From Batkoa obscura (lineage: Eukaryota), in contig JASVEC010000133.1 in assembly GCA_030770535.1 (NCBI GenBank), positions 1 to 44,276 on the forward strand: a stretch of DNA of 44,276 bases, in the 5' to 3' direction. The position numbers and the translations under genes are program-made. Positions 22,058-33,694 of the stretch are shown here, one piece after another; the first letter of the stretch is position 1; the number at the start of each line of letters is the position of its first letter. The notes beneath the pieces are model-generated. The model did no database searches. It worked only from the letters and a program-made list of their open reading frames with translations, and had not been told where the DNA came from.

Positions 22058-23929
22058 TTAATTTAACATTTTGTTTATTAAATTTAAAATAAAGGAGTGA
22101 AATATGATACGGGAATAAAAAGGATGATTGAAATTGGATTGATTTAATAAATTAAAACTAAACTTTAATAATAATAAATTGTTATTATTTGGCTGGTAAT
22201 TTAAAATACTATAAAATTTTAAATTAAATATGATAAAAAAGGTTAAGGGTATTAAGCGATCAATATAGTTGCTACTTTGATTAAAATAAATTAGAGAAGT
22301 TAAAAATTGTTTGTTCATTTGGTTTAAATGGGTGATGATTCCTTTTTCTTTTTGATGAATTTCTTGAATCTGTTTAGTCTCCTCTTTAGTTAGACTAGTA
22401 TTCTTCTTATAATATATTCCTTTGTAAGATGGATATTCAATTTGTAAATACCTTTTAATAACTATTAAATACCTTAAATTCTTTTCTATTATTAAATAAT
22501 TTAATACACTATTATCTATTGTATAATTACTATTGTCATGACTGTTATTCTGATTATCGTTATTGTTGTTATTATTATCACTCTTATTATTTATATAAAT
22601 TTGATTACTTTCGATATCGATAAATTTTAGTAGCGTTAATAGCTGCTTCTTATCCATTTTCCCCATTTCTCTGAACTTCAATATTAGCTTATTAAATAAA
22701 TTGATACTTTTGACTACTAATACTGTATTATAAACCCCTTGACTCTTATTAATTAAATTTTCTAATACCCTTATTACGTTGTTGTTAAACTTGACATTTA
22801 CTGGTATATAATCCCAAGTATAATTTAAACATAAATACTTCATATTGACCTCATAGGTAATGTTGTTATACAATAAAAATTTCTCTATGTTTGTTGACTC
22901 ATCTTTGCTGCTATATTGTATTCCAATCATCGAACATAAACTTAATATTAACGAACCTGAAATCCAACCGAGGTTTTTGGCAATTAATAATCCTTTTAAG
23001 CCCCAAAATGAAATCATTAGTGCTTGTATATAATCCAAACTAATTTTGTTACTTAAAGGATTCAACATGAAAAGCAAGCGCTCTTCATACCCTTTAACCA
23101 TTTCTTTTTCATTTAAATACATCAGACCTACCACATACACACTAAATAACAATAATGGACTTCTTTTTTTTGATACAAAACTCTCATAACTTAGAAAAAA
23201 AGGCACATATTTGTTGAACTGCTCAAAAAAGCAATTGACACTTTTAAAAAACAATTCACTTTGGAACAAGCTGTTGATATTAATTCCCTCTTCTTGAATA
23301 TTGTTTGCACTTTGCTTTATTGATATTGAACTTAAAAATAAGTTGACCTCCACTTTTTTTTGATTCTTTAATAGATAGTCAATCCCAATATTGACATTCA
23401 AATATCGTACCCATGAACATGAAAATAGCTCTTTAAGCAAAGGACTACTCACTTTAATTTGTTTAGGGTTATAGCTTATCGTTTTATTCATAAATCGAAA
23501 CTGTATTTTATTTCTAAATGCTACTACATTATTATTTTGATTCAAGCACTTATCATTGTCATATAATTCACTGTTTTTACGCTCACTCTTATTATTTGAT
23601 ACACCCCCATTACACCTATTGTTGTTTAGTACATTGCTACTACAATCACTACTTTCAGTCACTACACTACTAGACTCAATATCAGTACCACTCAAGGCTT
23701 CAATGGATCCTTCGTTGTCATTACTATTAAGGTTGCTATAATTGCTTATCTTATAGCTAGCATAACTCTTCTTGAAGATCTTAGGATACGTACAACCTTG
23801 TTTTCTTTTAATACACGCACTACACTGCGGTTTCTTTTTATCACATTTTACTTTCCTCTGTTGACACTGGAAGCATACTTTTTCTTTTGATATGGGTTCC
23901 AAATATTTGTAATCTACCATCAACGTCAT
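22058..23929 (-). CDS. Zn(II)2Cys6 transcription factor, 623 aa
   Basis: CFQCQQRKVKCDKKKPQCSACIKRKQGC, followed by a middle-homology-like region (FFEQFNKYVPF). Confidence 0.92.
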   Translation of the reverse strand: MTLMVDYKYLEPISKEKVCFQCQQRKVKCDKKKPQCSACIKRKQGCTYPKIFKKSYASYKISNYSNLNSNDNEGSIEALSGTDIESSSVVTESSDCSSNVLNNNRCNGGVSNNKSERKNSELYDNDKCLNQNNNVVAFRNKIQFRFMNKTISYNPKQIKVSSPLLKELFSCSWVRYLNVNIGIDYLLKNQKKVEVNLFLSSISIKQSANNIQEEGININSLFQSELFFKSVNCFFEQFNKYVPFFLSYESFVSKKRSPLLLFSVYVVGLMYLNEKEMVKGYEERLLFMLNPLSNKISLDYIQALMISFWGLKGLLIAKNLGWISGSLILSLCSMIGIQYSSKDESTNIEKFLLYNNITYEVNMKYLCLNYTWDYIPVNVKFNNNVIRVLENLINKSQGVYNTVLVVKSINLFNKLILKFREMGKMDKKQLLTLLKFIDIESNQIYINNKSDNNNNNNDNQNNSHDNSNYTIDNSVLNYLIIEKNLRYLIVIKRYLQIEYPSYKGIYYKKNTSLTKEETKQIQEIHQKEKGIITHLNQMNKQFLTSLIYFNQSSNYIDRLIPLTFFIIFNLKFYSILNYQPNNNNLLLLKFSFNLLNQSNFNHPFYSRIIFHSFILNLINKMLN

Positions 23930-24231
23930 CTTGCTTAATCCTTAGTATTAATCAGATCGTTTGGTCTTGTTTTTTTTTGAATAACAAATATAGTCAAATA
24001 ATAAATTGCTAATAAAATAAAATTGGGTTATAATTTTATATAATTTTTAATTTAATGCTTTATTGAAGTTTAAGTTTACTTTACTTTACTCTAATTGGCT
24101 ACTCTTGAGTCTATTCATGCAAAAAATTACATAAGTAATGAGCATGAAATCATTATAATTTGAATTAAGTATAAAATAATATTACTAATATATGATAAAG
24201 AATACTAAATTGAAAATAAAACTTCTTTTAT

Positions 24232-25656
24232 TTAAAACAACTTTTGCACATTTAAATAAAGATTGTTTTGATTTTGTGCAACTGTGTTGTTCTTAGTTTC
24301 TGGAAATATAAAATAACTGATAATAGCTGCTATTAAAAGATAGATAGAGAATAATAAAAAGGGAGAACCAATTTGGTCTTTTGGAAAAAGCTCAGTAAAT
24401 GGTAAAAATAAAGAAGCAATCAAAAAGTTACCCAACAAATTAGTTATTAATGATAAGGTAGATGCAACAGTTAAAAACTCCCCTTCAAAAAATTCACCAA
24501 TTAATAAGAATGGTAAAGCACCTAATCCAATCGAATATCCAATGATGCTCAAAAATAAGAATAAAGTTGCTAGTATTATTAAATTATAATTCAGTGAAAA
24601 AGCTAACCCAAATAATGCTACAGACATTGTTAAACAGGAGTATAAAAACAGTACTCTTCTTCCTTTAACTTCAATAATTTTTGTAATGAACAATGTAATC
24701 ATTAATTGAAATAAATTTAATAATAGTGAAATCAACTTGGCATCAACTCCTTTCAAATCTTTCAATATTGTAGTTGAGAAGTACATTATTGAATTTATAC
24801 CACTCATTTGTTGTGAAATATGCAGAAACAATAATAATAATAAGCATTTGTTATATTTATTATTTAGGAATATGGATAAACAATTTTTAAAAAATGAATT
24901 ATCATTACTTGTACTACTATTGATATTTTGATTATCGTTGTCATCACTATTGTCATTCTCATGTTCTATTCCTTCTTCGATAACTTGATACTCATTTTCA
25001 GTATCATTATTCGATTTAAAATAGGAAAATAAAATAATTTGAATAAAAGGTATAATGATTCCAATGAATAAAATAAACCTCCATGAATAGAAAAATCCGA
25101 TTAACATAGTAATAACAATACCTAGTACAATGAACAACTGATTGAATGTACCTAAAAGCCCTTTGTAGTTTAACGGTGCTATTTGAGTTAAATAGATAGG
25201 TACAACCACCATTGCTATTCCAGAACCTAATCCACATAAAGCTCTACCAATTAATAAATGAAAGTAATTAAAACTTAATGAATTGAACAGAGAACCGATA
25301 ACAAAAAATATATTGTTAAGTAATAAACTACTTTTACTATTCAACTTTGATAATAAAATGGGGGCTAAAAAGGTACCAAATAAACTAAATAAGGGTAATA
25401 ATCCAGTTAAAAAGGAGAATTGATGTTTATCTAATAAAATACAGGTTGTCAAATTAGGATAAAGGTCCTGATTGTTTTTCACGACACATTCTAAAAATTC
25501 CTTTTCTGGTAAGTTGTATTCCGAAATATGATACCCAAACTGCAAGCTTGATAAACTACCTATAATACCATATATAATTATCTTATAATCCAGTTTCCTT
25601 TCGCTTTCTTCATTCCCTCTCTCATTAAAGGACACATATTCATTTTCAAAATTCAT
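24232..25656 (-). CDS. MFS sugar porter (GLUT-like)
   Basis: QFGYH, IGRALCGLGSG, PIYLTQIAP...GLLGTFNQL, QQMSGINSI, GRRVL and PETKN; about 12 hydrophobic segments. Confidence 0.94.
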   Translation of the reverse strand: MNFENEYVSFNERGNEESERKLDYKIIIYGIIGSLSSLQFGYHISEYNLPEKEFLECVVKNNQDLYPNLTTCILLDKHQFSFLTGLLPLFSLFGTFLAPILLSKLNSKSSLLLNNIFFVIGSLFNSLSFNYFHLLIGRALCGLGSGIAMVVVPIYLTQIAPLNYKGLLGTFNQLFIVLGIVITMLIGFFYSWRFILFIGIIIPFIQIILFSYFKSNNDTENEYQVIEEGIEHENDNSDDNDNQNINSSTSNDNSFFKNCLSIFLNNKYNKCLLLLLFLHISQQMSGINSIMYFSTTILKDLKGVDAKLISLLLNLFQLMITLFITKIIEVKGRRVLFLYSCLTMSVALFGLAFSLNYNLIILATLFLFLSIIGYSIGLGALPFLLIGEFFEGEFLTVASTLSLITNLLGNFLIASLFLPFTELFPKDQIGSPFLLFSIYLLIAAIISYFIFPETKNNTVAQNQNNLYLNVQKLF

Positions 25657-25874
25657 TTTATTTTAGAAAAATAAGTTAAAGTATAATTTTTAAATACAGG
25701 TGTTTATTAGATATTTTATAGCAAATAAACGAATCAATGTTACATCATAACCTCCCAAAGAACACTCAAATGGTTGGCTTAAAAAGCATTAATAGATAAT
25801 GATTGGCTTCAATATTTTATAAGACACCTTAGTACAAATAAACACCTCACCAACTTATTTTGAATCAATAAACA

Positions 25875-26808
25875 ATGGCAGCAAAAGAAGAGATCATGCA
25901 GTTAATGAGACAAAGTATGGAGTATAGCGAAAAGCAAGATTATGACTCCAGCTTACCACTAATAACACGATTAATTGAATTGACGAAGCAAAAATCAGCA
26001 TTACCTTTGTTGTCAAGGTGTACATGTTACATTCAATTAAAAAGATATGAGGAAGCTGAAAAAGATGCTCTAAAAATAATAAGTTTAGAAGATAATGAGT
26101 TAGAAGCTGGGATAGTGAAAGGATGTAGTACGTTTCATTCAGCAGCCTATTCAAGACTACATAACATTTATTGCAAATTAGAGAAAATTGAGGTGGCAAG
26201 TGAGATGTTAAAAAAAAGGAGTGTTATTGAAGATGCAATAAAGAAAAAGAATCTAGAGAAAGAAAAGCAAAACAAAGAGAATAAAGAAGAGTTAGGAGAA
26301 GTCCAAAAACTAAAACAGATACTAAACGATAAAGGGAAGAGATATGTTGCAAAGAAAAACTTTAAAAAAGGAATTGAAGCGTTTGAACAAAGCATAAACT
26401 TAGCAGAAGATGAAAAAACACATTCTAACTTAGCAGCTTGTTATTTGGAATTAAAAGAGTGGAATAAAGTATTATTTCATGCTAATCAAGCTTTGATCAT
26501 TAACCCCAACTTTGCTAAGGCTTGGTATCGACAAGGTAAATATTTTATTGTTTCATTTTCTACCCTCAATTGACTATAAATAAATAGGAATAGCATTGTA
26601 TCAACTTAAGGAATATAATGAAGCAATAAAAGCTTTTGAAGCTAGTTTAAAATTAAACCCTGAAGATGAAAAAATAGAAACATATTTAAAATTGGTTAAA
26701 GCTAAATCAAAGCCATCTCATTCTCAATTGCTTCTAGCTAATGGTACTAATCTACTCTTAATAATAGGTTGTATATTAGCTCTGGTTTATTTGTTAAATC
26801 TATATTAG
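25875..26808 (+). CDS. TPR-repeat protein with C-terminal transmembrane segment, 2 exons
   Basis: Intron 26536-26587 joins the two ORFs in frame (YRQG|IALYQL). TPR motifs HSNLAACYLELKEW and INPNFAKAWYRQG; C-terminal LLLIIGCILALVYLL. Confidence 0.85.
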
Positions 26809-26973
26809 TCTATATGTGTAATGTATAAATTTTAGTTATTACCTATAAAAATAAAATGAAAATGAAAATGGATTTAATCTTACTTTTTATTGAATTTTAG
26901 TGATACGGCTTAATAACTTATAAATAAAATATACAAATAGGATTTTAATGATTAATTAACTAAGTTTATTCAA

Positions 26974-27456
26974 TTAAAGATATAATACTGAGTAAGTAAG
27001 TGCAGATAAGGCAGCAACTGAGGAATAGTGGTAAACACTTGATCTGGAACTACTAGAACCTTTAGACTTATCAGCCTCAGATTTTGAGGTATCCTTATTA
27101 CCATTACCTGTCTCCTTTGGCTTATCGGTAGCCTCGGATGAAGTAGCGGTAGAGGTAGGTAAAAGTTCTTTCGTATTGATATTGGCAGCTCTACAGTGAG
27201 CTAAAACTTCGCTTTCTCTATTAGCTCTTTTACCTTGATATTCTTTGTCTTCAAGACAATTATTGTAGCACACTAAAGTGGAGTATTTTTCCTTACATAA
27301 ACAAGCTTGGTCACTAGGGGCGCACTTGTCAACAACAATTTGCAATCTATCTAAGCACATTTCAATGGTTTGGACAGAGGCTTTAACGCATGTTGACTCG
27401 ACGCTACTACTTAAAAGGCTAAAGCAAATAAGGCTAAAAGGGACAATGAATTTCAT
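26974..27456 (-). CDS. Small secreted Cys-rich protein, probably GPI-anchored
   Basis: Signal peptide, an eight-Cys domain containing a CxC pair, an S/T/K-rich stalk and a hydrophobic C-terminus (SVAALSALTYSVLYL). Confidence 0.8.
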   Translation of the reverse strand: MKFIVPFSLICFSLLSSSVESTCVKASVQTIEMCLDRLQIVVDKCAPSDQACLCKEKYSTLVCYNNCLEDKEYQGKRANRESEVLAHCRAANINTKELLPTSTATSSEATDKPKETGNGNKDTSKSEADKSKGSSSSRSSVYHYSSVAALSALTYSVLYL

Positions 27457-28096
27457 ATTAAGTATACAGCAGATATAATATTAATATTAAGTATATTAAG
27501 GATTGAAAAATATATTAATTAAAGTTAATAACTTTTAAATTATAATTGTTAGTTCAAAGTAAAATTTTAATTTCAAAATTTACCTCGTTTTATTTCTTTT
27601 TTTTCTATCCCTAGAATCCGAACCAGATTGGGAATTTCCAATCATATAAGTGTTCATCATTATAATTTCTACTGATTGGGTGAGATCAATATCACGTTGC
27701 ATTTGGTTGATTATAGGGGATTTAAAGAGGATAGTAAAGTTAACAAATTGAGTAGTAAATTAAGTGCACATTTTATTTAATCCTTGGCCTATAGTAGATA
27801 ATTTGATTGAAGCAAGTTAAACAGGAAACGATGGTTTTATTTGTTTAATATCAAATATAATCTAGTTTAAAAGATATCCTGATAAAATAGACAAAAAATT
27901 CTTAGTGGATTCCACCCAGATAGACAATGATCTTAATTGGCTTATGTTTGGCTTAAAGCCCTACCAAGCACCCGGATTCATTGGTTAAAAGAAGAAAATG
28001 CAAGAGGGATTGGCTAAAAAGTAAAGAAAGGAAAGCGTTAAAACAAGTGACTGTTAAAATTTGTAAAACAATAATTTTCTATTTTTTTATTTTAAA

Positions 28097-28762
28097 ATGT
28101 CAGATAATGAAAAGCAATTGAAATATCGAAACAATGGCTCGACATCTAACTATAATTTTGAAGCTGATAATTTATCTAGAGAGGAAGAAAACTTAAGGTA
28201 ATCTAATATTTACATTTATACTTACTGATATAAAAAACTAAATAGTAACTCCGAATCCATGGAAGGGAGTGAAAAAAAAAGCAATATGAAAACAAGCATA
28301 AGTTTGAGTTCAATGGATAGTTATGCAAGCTCGATCATACAATTAAGCGATCGAAGAAATTCAATCTTCAGTTCAGTACCAAGTATCAATAGTCCAGACG
28401 AAAAAGAAACTATTAACTTAGATATGACCCAAAGTATATCTTTAGATGAAGGCATACCCTCAGATAGCATGTCTCATGCACTCCACACCAGTTTACCAGA
28501 GACAGCTGCTTTAGCTAGGCTCACTTGTCAACAAGTAGATGAGATGATGAGCTTAGTTTTACAAATGATCCGAAGAATGGATATGTTGGACGAAAGGGTA
28601 GATGCTTTATTACCTACCATTACTGAAAAGGAAAACCATGACAAAGAAGAAGAAAATTCATCTACCTTTTCATGGGTTAAAGGGTTGACTTTAGCTGCTA
28701 TACCTATCTTGTTAGCTGTGTCAGTTAATTATTTTTACGGCAATAAGAAAAGAAGAAGATAA
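28097..28762 (+). CDS. Hypothetical tail-anchored protein with coiled coil, 2 exons
   Basis: ATG at 28097; intron 28198-28245 joins in frame to track ORF 28259-28762. Ser-rich N-terminus, heptad segment, and a C-terminal TM followed by KKRRR. Confidence 0.75.
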
Positions 28763-29072
28763 AAGTATTATAATATGTATGTATTAGTGTGTGAATAATA
28801 AATAAGTTATCGTATTAAAATCATTATCCTTATAATTTTATTTGATTATGTGTTCAATCATCACACACTAGTCTTGACTATATTATTATTTAACTACTAT
28901 AAAATACTATCTCATCATCCTCTTACATGCTTCTGTATCATTGGTTCATTAACGTTATATTAATAATTGATCTTTCAAGTCAATTGTTTTATATAAAAGA
29001 ATAATTTAAAATTTACTAAATTATATACTTGTATCAAATTAATAATGATAAGATTCACCTTAACCTTGAAAT

Positions 29073-29369
29073 TTATTTAGTTTTAGAAGCGAATACTCCG
29101 GCTTCCCTTTGTTCGTCCCATTTTTCAGTCTAAATTAATAATAAATAAAGGATTATAAATACAAAGATTCAACTTACCCAAGAGGAAGGACATAAAGAAC
29201 GATAATTTTTATAAAATTGTTTGCAAGCTGGGAAATCTTCACCTTTAGCGTTGATGCATTTATAATAATCTACATAGTTTTGCCAGCAGTGTTTGGTTTG
29301 GTTGGTGTTTGGGAAACGGGCGTCAAAAGGTGCAGTTTCAAGTTGAATGGTTACTTCGTTGTCACTCAT
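29073..29369 (-). CDS. COX12: Cytochrome c oxidase subunit 6B, 2 coding exons
   Basis: [27 protein letters not shown]...C...LCPSSW, intron 29130-29177, then [18 protein letters not shown]. Confidence 0.96.
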
Positions 29370-30263
29370 GTTTGATTAAATCTAATTTAAAAAATGTTGT
29401 TACTAAAATCTTTCTATTTGATTTGTACGATGCTACTATCTACTGTTATTTTACTTTATTTATTTTTCACTATACTTTTAGGTTATATTAAAAATCAAGG
29501 CTTACTTTTCTCTTTTTCTAACTAAATAAAAAACTTTTTATCTCGTTTCAATTCTTTAATCTTTATCCATCACTCTTTTCATCATTATTCAAAACTTTAA
29601 TACTCAAATAATGGGATCTTATCTTTTATCCAATGAATTAGCAGACTCAGGGCATTCGATAAGTTTCAACCAATCATAAGAGCTTGCCTAAATTAATTTT
29701 GGATCTGCTTTTTTTGTTTTTTAATCGTTTAAAATTTATTTCGGTCCTATCAAAAAGATTGTTTTTTAATATCAATGATCGATAATGCAGAGGATTCCGT
29801 AATACATTTTTAAACAGATAAATATTAAAATAGCACTTCGTTTTAGCTGTATCTTCTGTCATTTTTTTATGGTTTAATAATCAAAACGTTATTTAAGTAA
29901 CCTATTAAAATAAGGATAGATAGTTGAAATAAAAGTATTTTAATATTATTTAAAGATGATAAATGTTGGAAATAATATTATTACTTAGCCAAATCTGAGA
30001 TATTAGAAAACTAAATTATAGTGTTTCAAAATGCTGTTTTAGGAGTAGCTTTTGAACTGAACCCTCTTATTTTATTTGTTTTATAATAAAGACTAAATTA
30101 GCATATATATTTTTTATAATAATTACAATAAATGGTGGTGAAAATAGAATATTGTCCAATGAAATTAAAGCAACTTAATCTAAATTTAAAAATAAATATC
30201 ATAATGTAACATATTAAAAACTTTAAAGAAAAAGAAGCTACAATAATAAAAAGAGTGTATTTT

Positions 30264-31325
30264 TTAAATTAATAGAACAGCTAGTCTTGCTATAGTAGCA
30301 TCTAAAACGAATAAGAGTAAGGCAAAAGGATTCATGGGATCATCAGGATAAAAAGAGTTTAATGAATTTAACCAGCATTCAAATAAAGTCTGATCCGTCT
30401 TTATAAAGTTAATATTCGTTAATTTTAGTAGCACCAAAAAGTCATTCAGCAGATGTTTAACATAATCACTATGTTCACATCTTAAGAAGTAAAATAAATT
30501 ATTGATATCCAAAATAGGCACTTTGCAATGAAAATTATGAAAATAATTTACGATGCTTTGTATCTGAGCCGTATTCAATTTGTCATGTGGCAAGTCCCCT
30601 AAATATAACACTAACTTAACAAAATCAATACCGTATTCCGTTAACGGCCAATTGTTTAATTTTTGTAACTCTTCTTTAGGTGGTACTAACATATGGTAAC
30701 TCCCCGTCGTTTTTTTAGGAACTGACACAGGTTCACTCAAATTATACAAGACATCGTCATTTGTATTGCTTGAGGCGCTAGTCATCGTTTTGTTGCTACC
30801 ACTATTGCTATTATTACTGTTAATGTTATTCATTTTTTCCATCATATGCGATAGATTTTCATTAGCAAACTCATCTTCCTCTTCAAAGTCATTTGGATGA
30901 AAACGTGGTGTAGCTATCTCACTATGTCTTTTAGTCAAACTGACTGGATTTAAATCATGCTCTTTCAAAAATGGTGAAGGCATTTCATTATACGAGAATA
31001 AAGATCCTAACTCTTTCATTATTGATGGTGAGCTTGATCTCGATTGTTCGCTTGAAGTATTAAATAGTAATCCAGCAGTATTTGTATTGATTGTGCTAAC
31101 AATTTGTGGACGATGTTGATCAGAAAGAGTACATGCCCTATTCCTTGCTCCTTTAGGCCCTCTTTTAAGGATCGGTTTTTCGTAACTACAATCCCCTTTG
31201 TTATGTTTTATACAATTCATACATGCCATATTGCCATCACATTTGATTTTCCTTCTTCGACAAAAATCGCATGCCCTTTTCACTAATTCTCGAACACCTG
31301 TATGTCCTGTTTCTTCTTCAAACAT
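30264..31325 (-). CDS. Zn(II)2Cys6 transcription factor, 353 aa
   Basis: ACDFCRRRKIKCDGNMACMNCIKHNKGDCSY...KRGPK and YFHNFHCKVPIL. Confidence 0.92.
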   Translation of the reverse strand: MFEEETGHTGVRELVKRACDFCRRRKIKCDGNMACMNCIKHNKGDCSYEKPILKRGPKGARNRACTLSDQHRPQIVSTINTNTAGLLFNTSSEQSRSSSPSIMKELGSLFSYNEMPSPFLKEHDLNPVSLTKRHSEIATPRFHPNDFEEEDEFANENLSHMMEKMNNINSNNSNSGSNKTMTSASSNTNDDVLYNLSEPVSVPKKTTGSYHMLVPPKEELQKLNNWPLTEYGIDFVKLVLYLGDLPHDKLNTAQIQSIVNYFHNFHCKVPILDINNLFYFLRCEHSDYVKHLLNDFLVLLKLTNINFIKTDQTLFECWLNSLNSFYPDDPMNPFALLLFVLDATIARLAVLLI

Positions 31326-31940
31326 AGTGTACTTTTAATTTTATAGTAAAGATTAAAAGGATTAAAAGGAATTGATACTTTTGTCTTCTTTTACTTAGCT
31401 TATAACTTAAATACGAATATCCTCAATGTTCCAATAAATTTCAAGTCAAACTTCTAATGTTTAATGTGATTGGTAGTTATTTATTATAGCCAATTAAATG
31501 CATTTTGCTGATGTAATTCATCCTTTTGACCGCATCTAAAAATAAAAATTTAAGAATATCTCTTACTGTCAATTAAGAACCAATTATTTTAACAAAGGTT
31601 ATAAATAAAAGTATGCTGTAACTTTAATATTTTGTATATAATATTTTGTAATTTGGTGATTTATAATGATTTATTAGGAAGGAATTTTATTTATAGACCA
31701 AATTAATTGGTCAACCATTTTGTGAAAATAATAAGTCTATTAAATAATTCTTAAATAAAATAACAGGCGAAATAGTATGTTCCAAATTATATTTTGTTAC
31801 TTTTAACATTATTTAGCTCTCTTTTCCTTAATTATAATAAACTACATTTTTTAACTTATATAGGTTTATTTAGTTATATTTTGACGCATAACAATAACAA
31901 GTGGTTGAAACTAATATTTATTTGGCATTAATGTTAACAT

Positions 31941-32393
31941 TCAAGCTTGTCCAGATCTGGTGTAAACCCAAGGCGTAATATATAATCCAAATAAAGCTAA
32001 TAGTAGGAGCACCCAGAACCCATTACCGATTGCTCGGTAATTTAAAAAGTGGAGCATGCAACTAATTGCTAAAGAGAATAAAACAATTAAAGAGAACACG
32101 TCACCCGAAGTCTTGCTTCCACCAACTATTACATTAAGAATAACGCCAACAGATAAGAACAAAAAGGCTTTAAGTAATCGATGATCATTTTTTTCAATAT
32201 TTACAATGTGATCTTTATGGGTGGTAGCGATACCTGTTTCTTCAGTATGAGCTACAGTGGGCCCATGCGAATATTGTAAACTGTTATCACCATTTTTCAA
32301 ATGAATACTTAATAACACTAAACTGTTTAAAAACCATAGTAAAAAGGTTATAAATACGGCACTAAATTGAATTAAATAAGGTTCACTAAACAT
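31941..32393 (-). CDS. Hypothetical membrane protein (about 4 TM segments), 150 aa
   Basis: ATG-initiated ORF, GC-richer than its flanks, with four hydrophobic stretches; no family recognised. Confidence 0.6.
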   Translation of the reverse strand: MFSEPYLIQFSAVFITFLLWFLNSLVLLSIHLKNGDNSLQYSHGPTVAHTEETGIATTHKDHIVNIEKNDHRLLKAFLFLSVGVILNVIVGGSKTSGDVFSLIVLFSLAISCMLHFLNYRAIGNGFWVLLLLALFGLYITPWVYTRSGQA

Positions 32394-33018
32394 TATATTA
32401 ATTTAAATTATTTGAATTATTTAGTTGTTTTGGTTTTGGTCTTTGTTTATATACATTCATATTTACTTAGTTTACTGTTTAACACTTTAACTTATTGATT
32501 ACTGTGATTAAAAGTAATCAATTCATCATAGTGATATTTATTTAAGTTGATAAAACAATTATGCCTTCATCTTTCTAAAGCATTGTTTTTGTTATTTATG
32601 ATATAAATAGATTCGATTATAGCGAAATAGTAATTAAATCCAGGTTTATAGTATTAGATATGTTATTGTATTTTAAATTTGTAGGTATAAAAATTATACC
32701 ATAATATATACGACTTATAAAAAATAATGATTAAATGCTTACGTTTTATAACAAATGACCTATAAGGATAGTCACAAATTATTAGTTAAATTTAAGAGAA
32801 TAACGAATAATATTAAATCTTAATTTTAGAGCTTATTCTATATTAATTTTCTAAACTAGTAGTAATGATTAAATTAAAGATAGAATTTAAACCTATAAAT
32901 TTATCAATAAAATTGATAGGATTACTAATGTAATTTCTAGATAAATCTACTTTATAAAAACCAAAAACCTTGTTGTTTGGTCATTAAAAACTTGATTTAA
33001 ATTTTAGCTTTATATTAT

Positions 33019-33296
33019 TTTCAAAGGGTATACTTTCCTTAATATTTTGCACAGTTGACAAATAAAATTTCAAGTTTTAAAAAAATTACATCATCTTTGC
33101 AAAAAATTTGTCATTTACTTGAGAAAAACTTTGCTCTACTTTAGAATAATTTAAGCCTGCTTTTCTTATTTGATATCAAAATAAGTAGAATTTTCCTTAA
33201 GCAGGAAACTTTTTTTGCAAAGCTGATGTAATTTTTAACTTGATAGAATTTTATTTCTTAAATATGCAAAATATTTATAAAAATATTTTTTTGAAA
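33019..33296. mobile_element. ~280-bp foldback element with long imperfect inverted arms (second MITE-like family)
   Basis: Nested pairs aatattttgca/tgcaaaatatt, aaataaaatt-tcaagtt/aacttga-aattttattt and aaaaattacatcatctttgcaaaaaa/ttttttgcaaagctgatgtaattttt. Confidence 0.7.
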
Positions 33297-33347
33297 GTAT
33301 GTATAATTTGGTTTAGATTTTATCCTAGCTATAATGTATATTTAAAC

Positions 33348-33452
33348 AAATGGGGATGTATTTTTTTGTTTGAGAATTTTACTAACATTCTTTCTACTTA
33401 AATAGCGCTTAAAAATGGAAAAGTAATGAAATCAAAAGAAACATTCCCAAAT
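33348..33452 (+). mobile_element. MITE family copy flanked by AAAT direct repeats
   Basis: AAAT-GGGGATGTATTTTT...GAAACATTCCC-AAAT. Confidence 0.9.
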
Positions 33453-33571
33453 AATAAAATAATAAAATGTAAGAAGTTTGCTTAAACAGCTTTTAACATT
33501 TAGAAATTTTAAAAATTTGCTAATAATTTAAGCAAGTATGTAAGTGCTAATGTTTTGCTAATTATTTAAAT

Positions 33572-33677
33572 ATATGGAGATGTATTTTTGTATTTAAGAA
33601 TTTTACTAACAAATTTTCCACTTAAATAGCGCTTAAAAATGGAAAAAATAAGGAAGTCAAAAAAAACACCCCCATAT
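33572..33677 (+). mobile_element. MITE family copy
   Basis: ATAT-GGAGATGTATTTTTG...AAAAAAAACACCCCC-ATAT. Confidence 0.92.
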
Positions 33678-33694
33678 ATTATAAAAATCAATTA

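Noticed and set aside
3500..25656. P450, MFS transporter and Zn2Cys6 genes as a secondary-metabolite cluster
   Set aside because: No backbone synthase, the genes are far apart and interspersed with housekeeping genes, and the MFS is a sugar porter.
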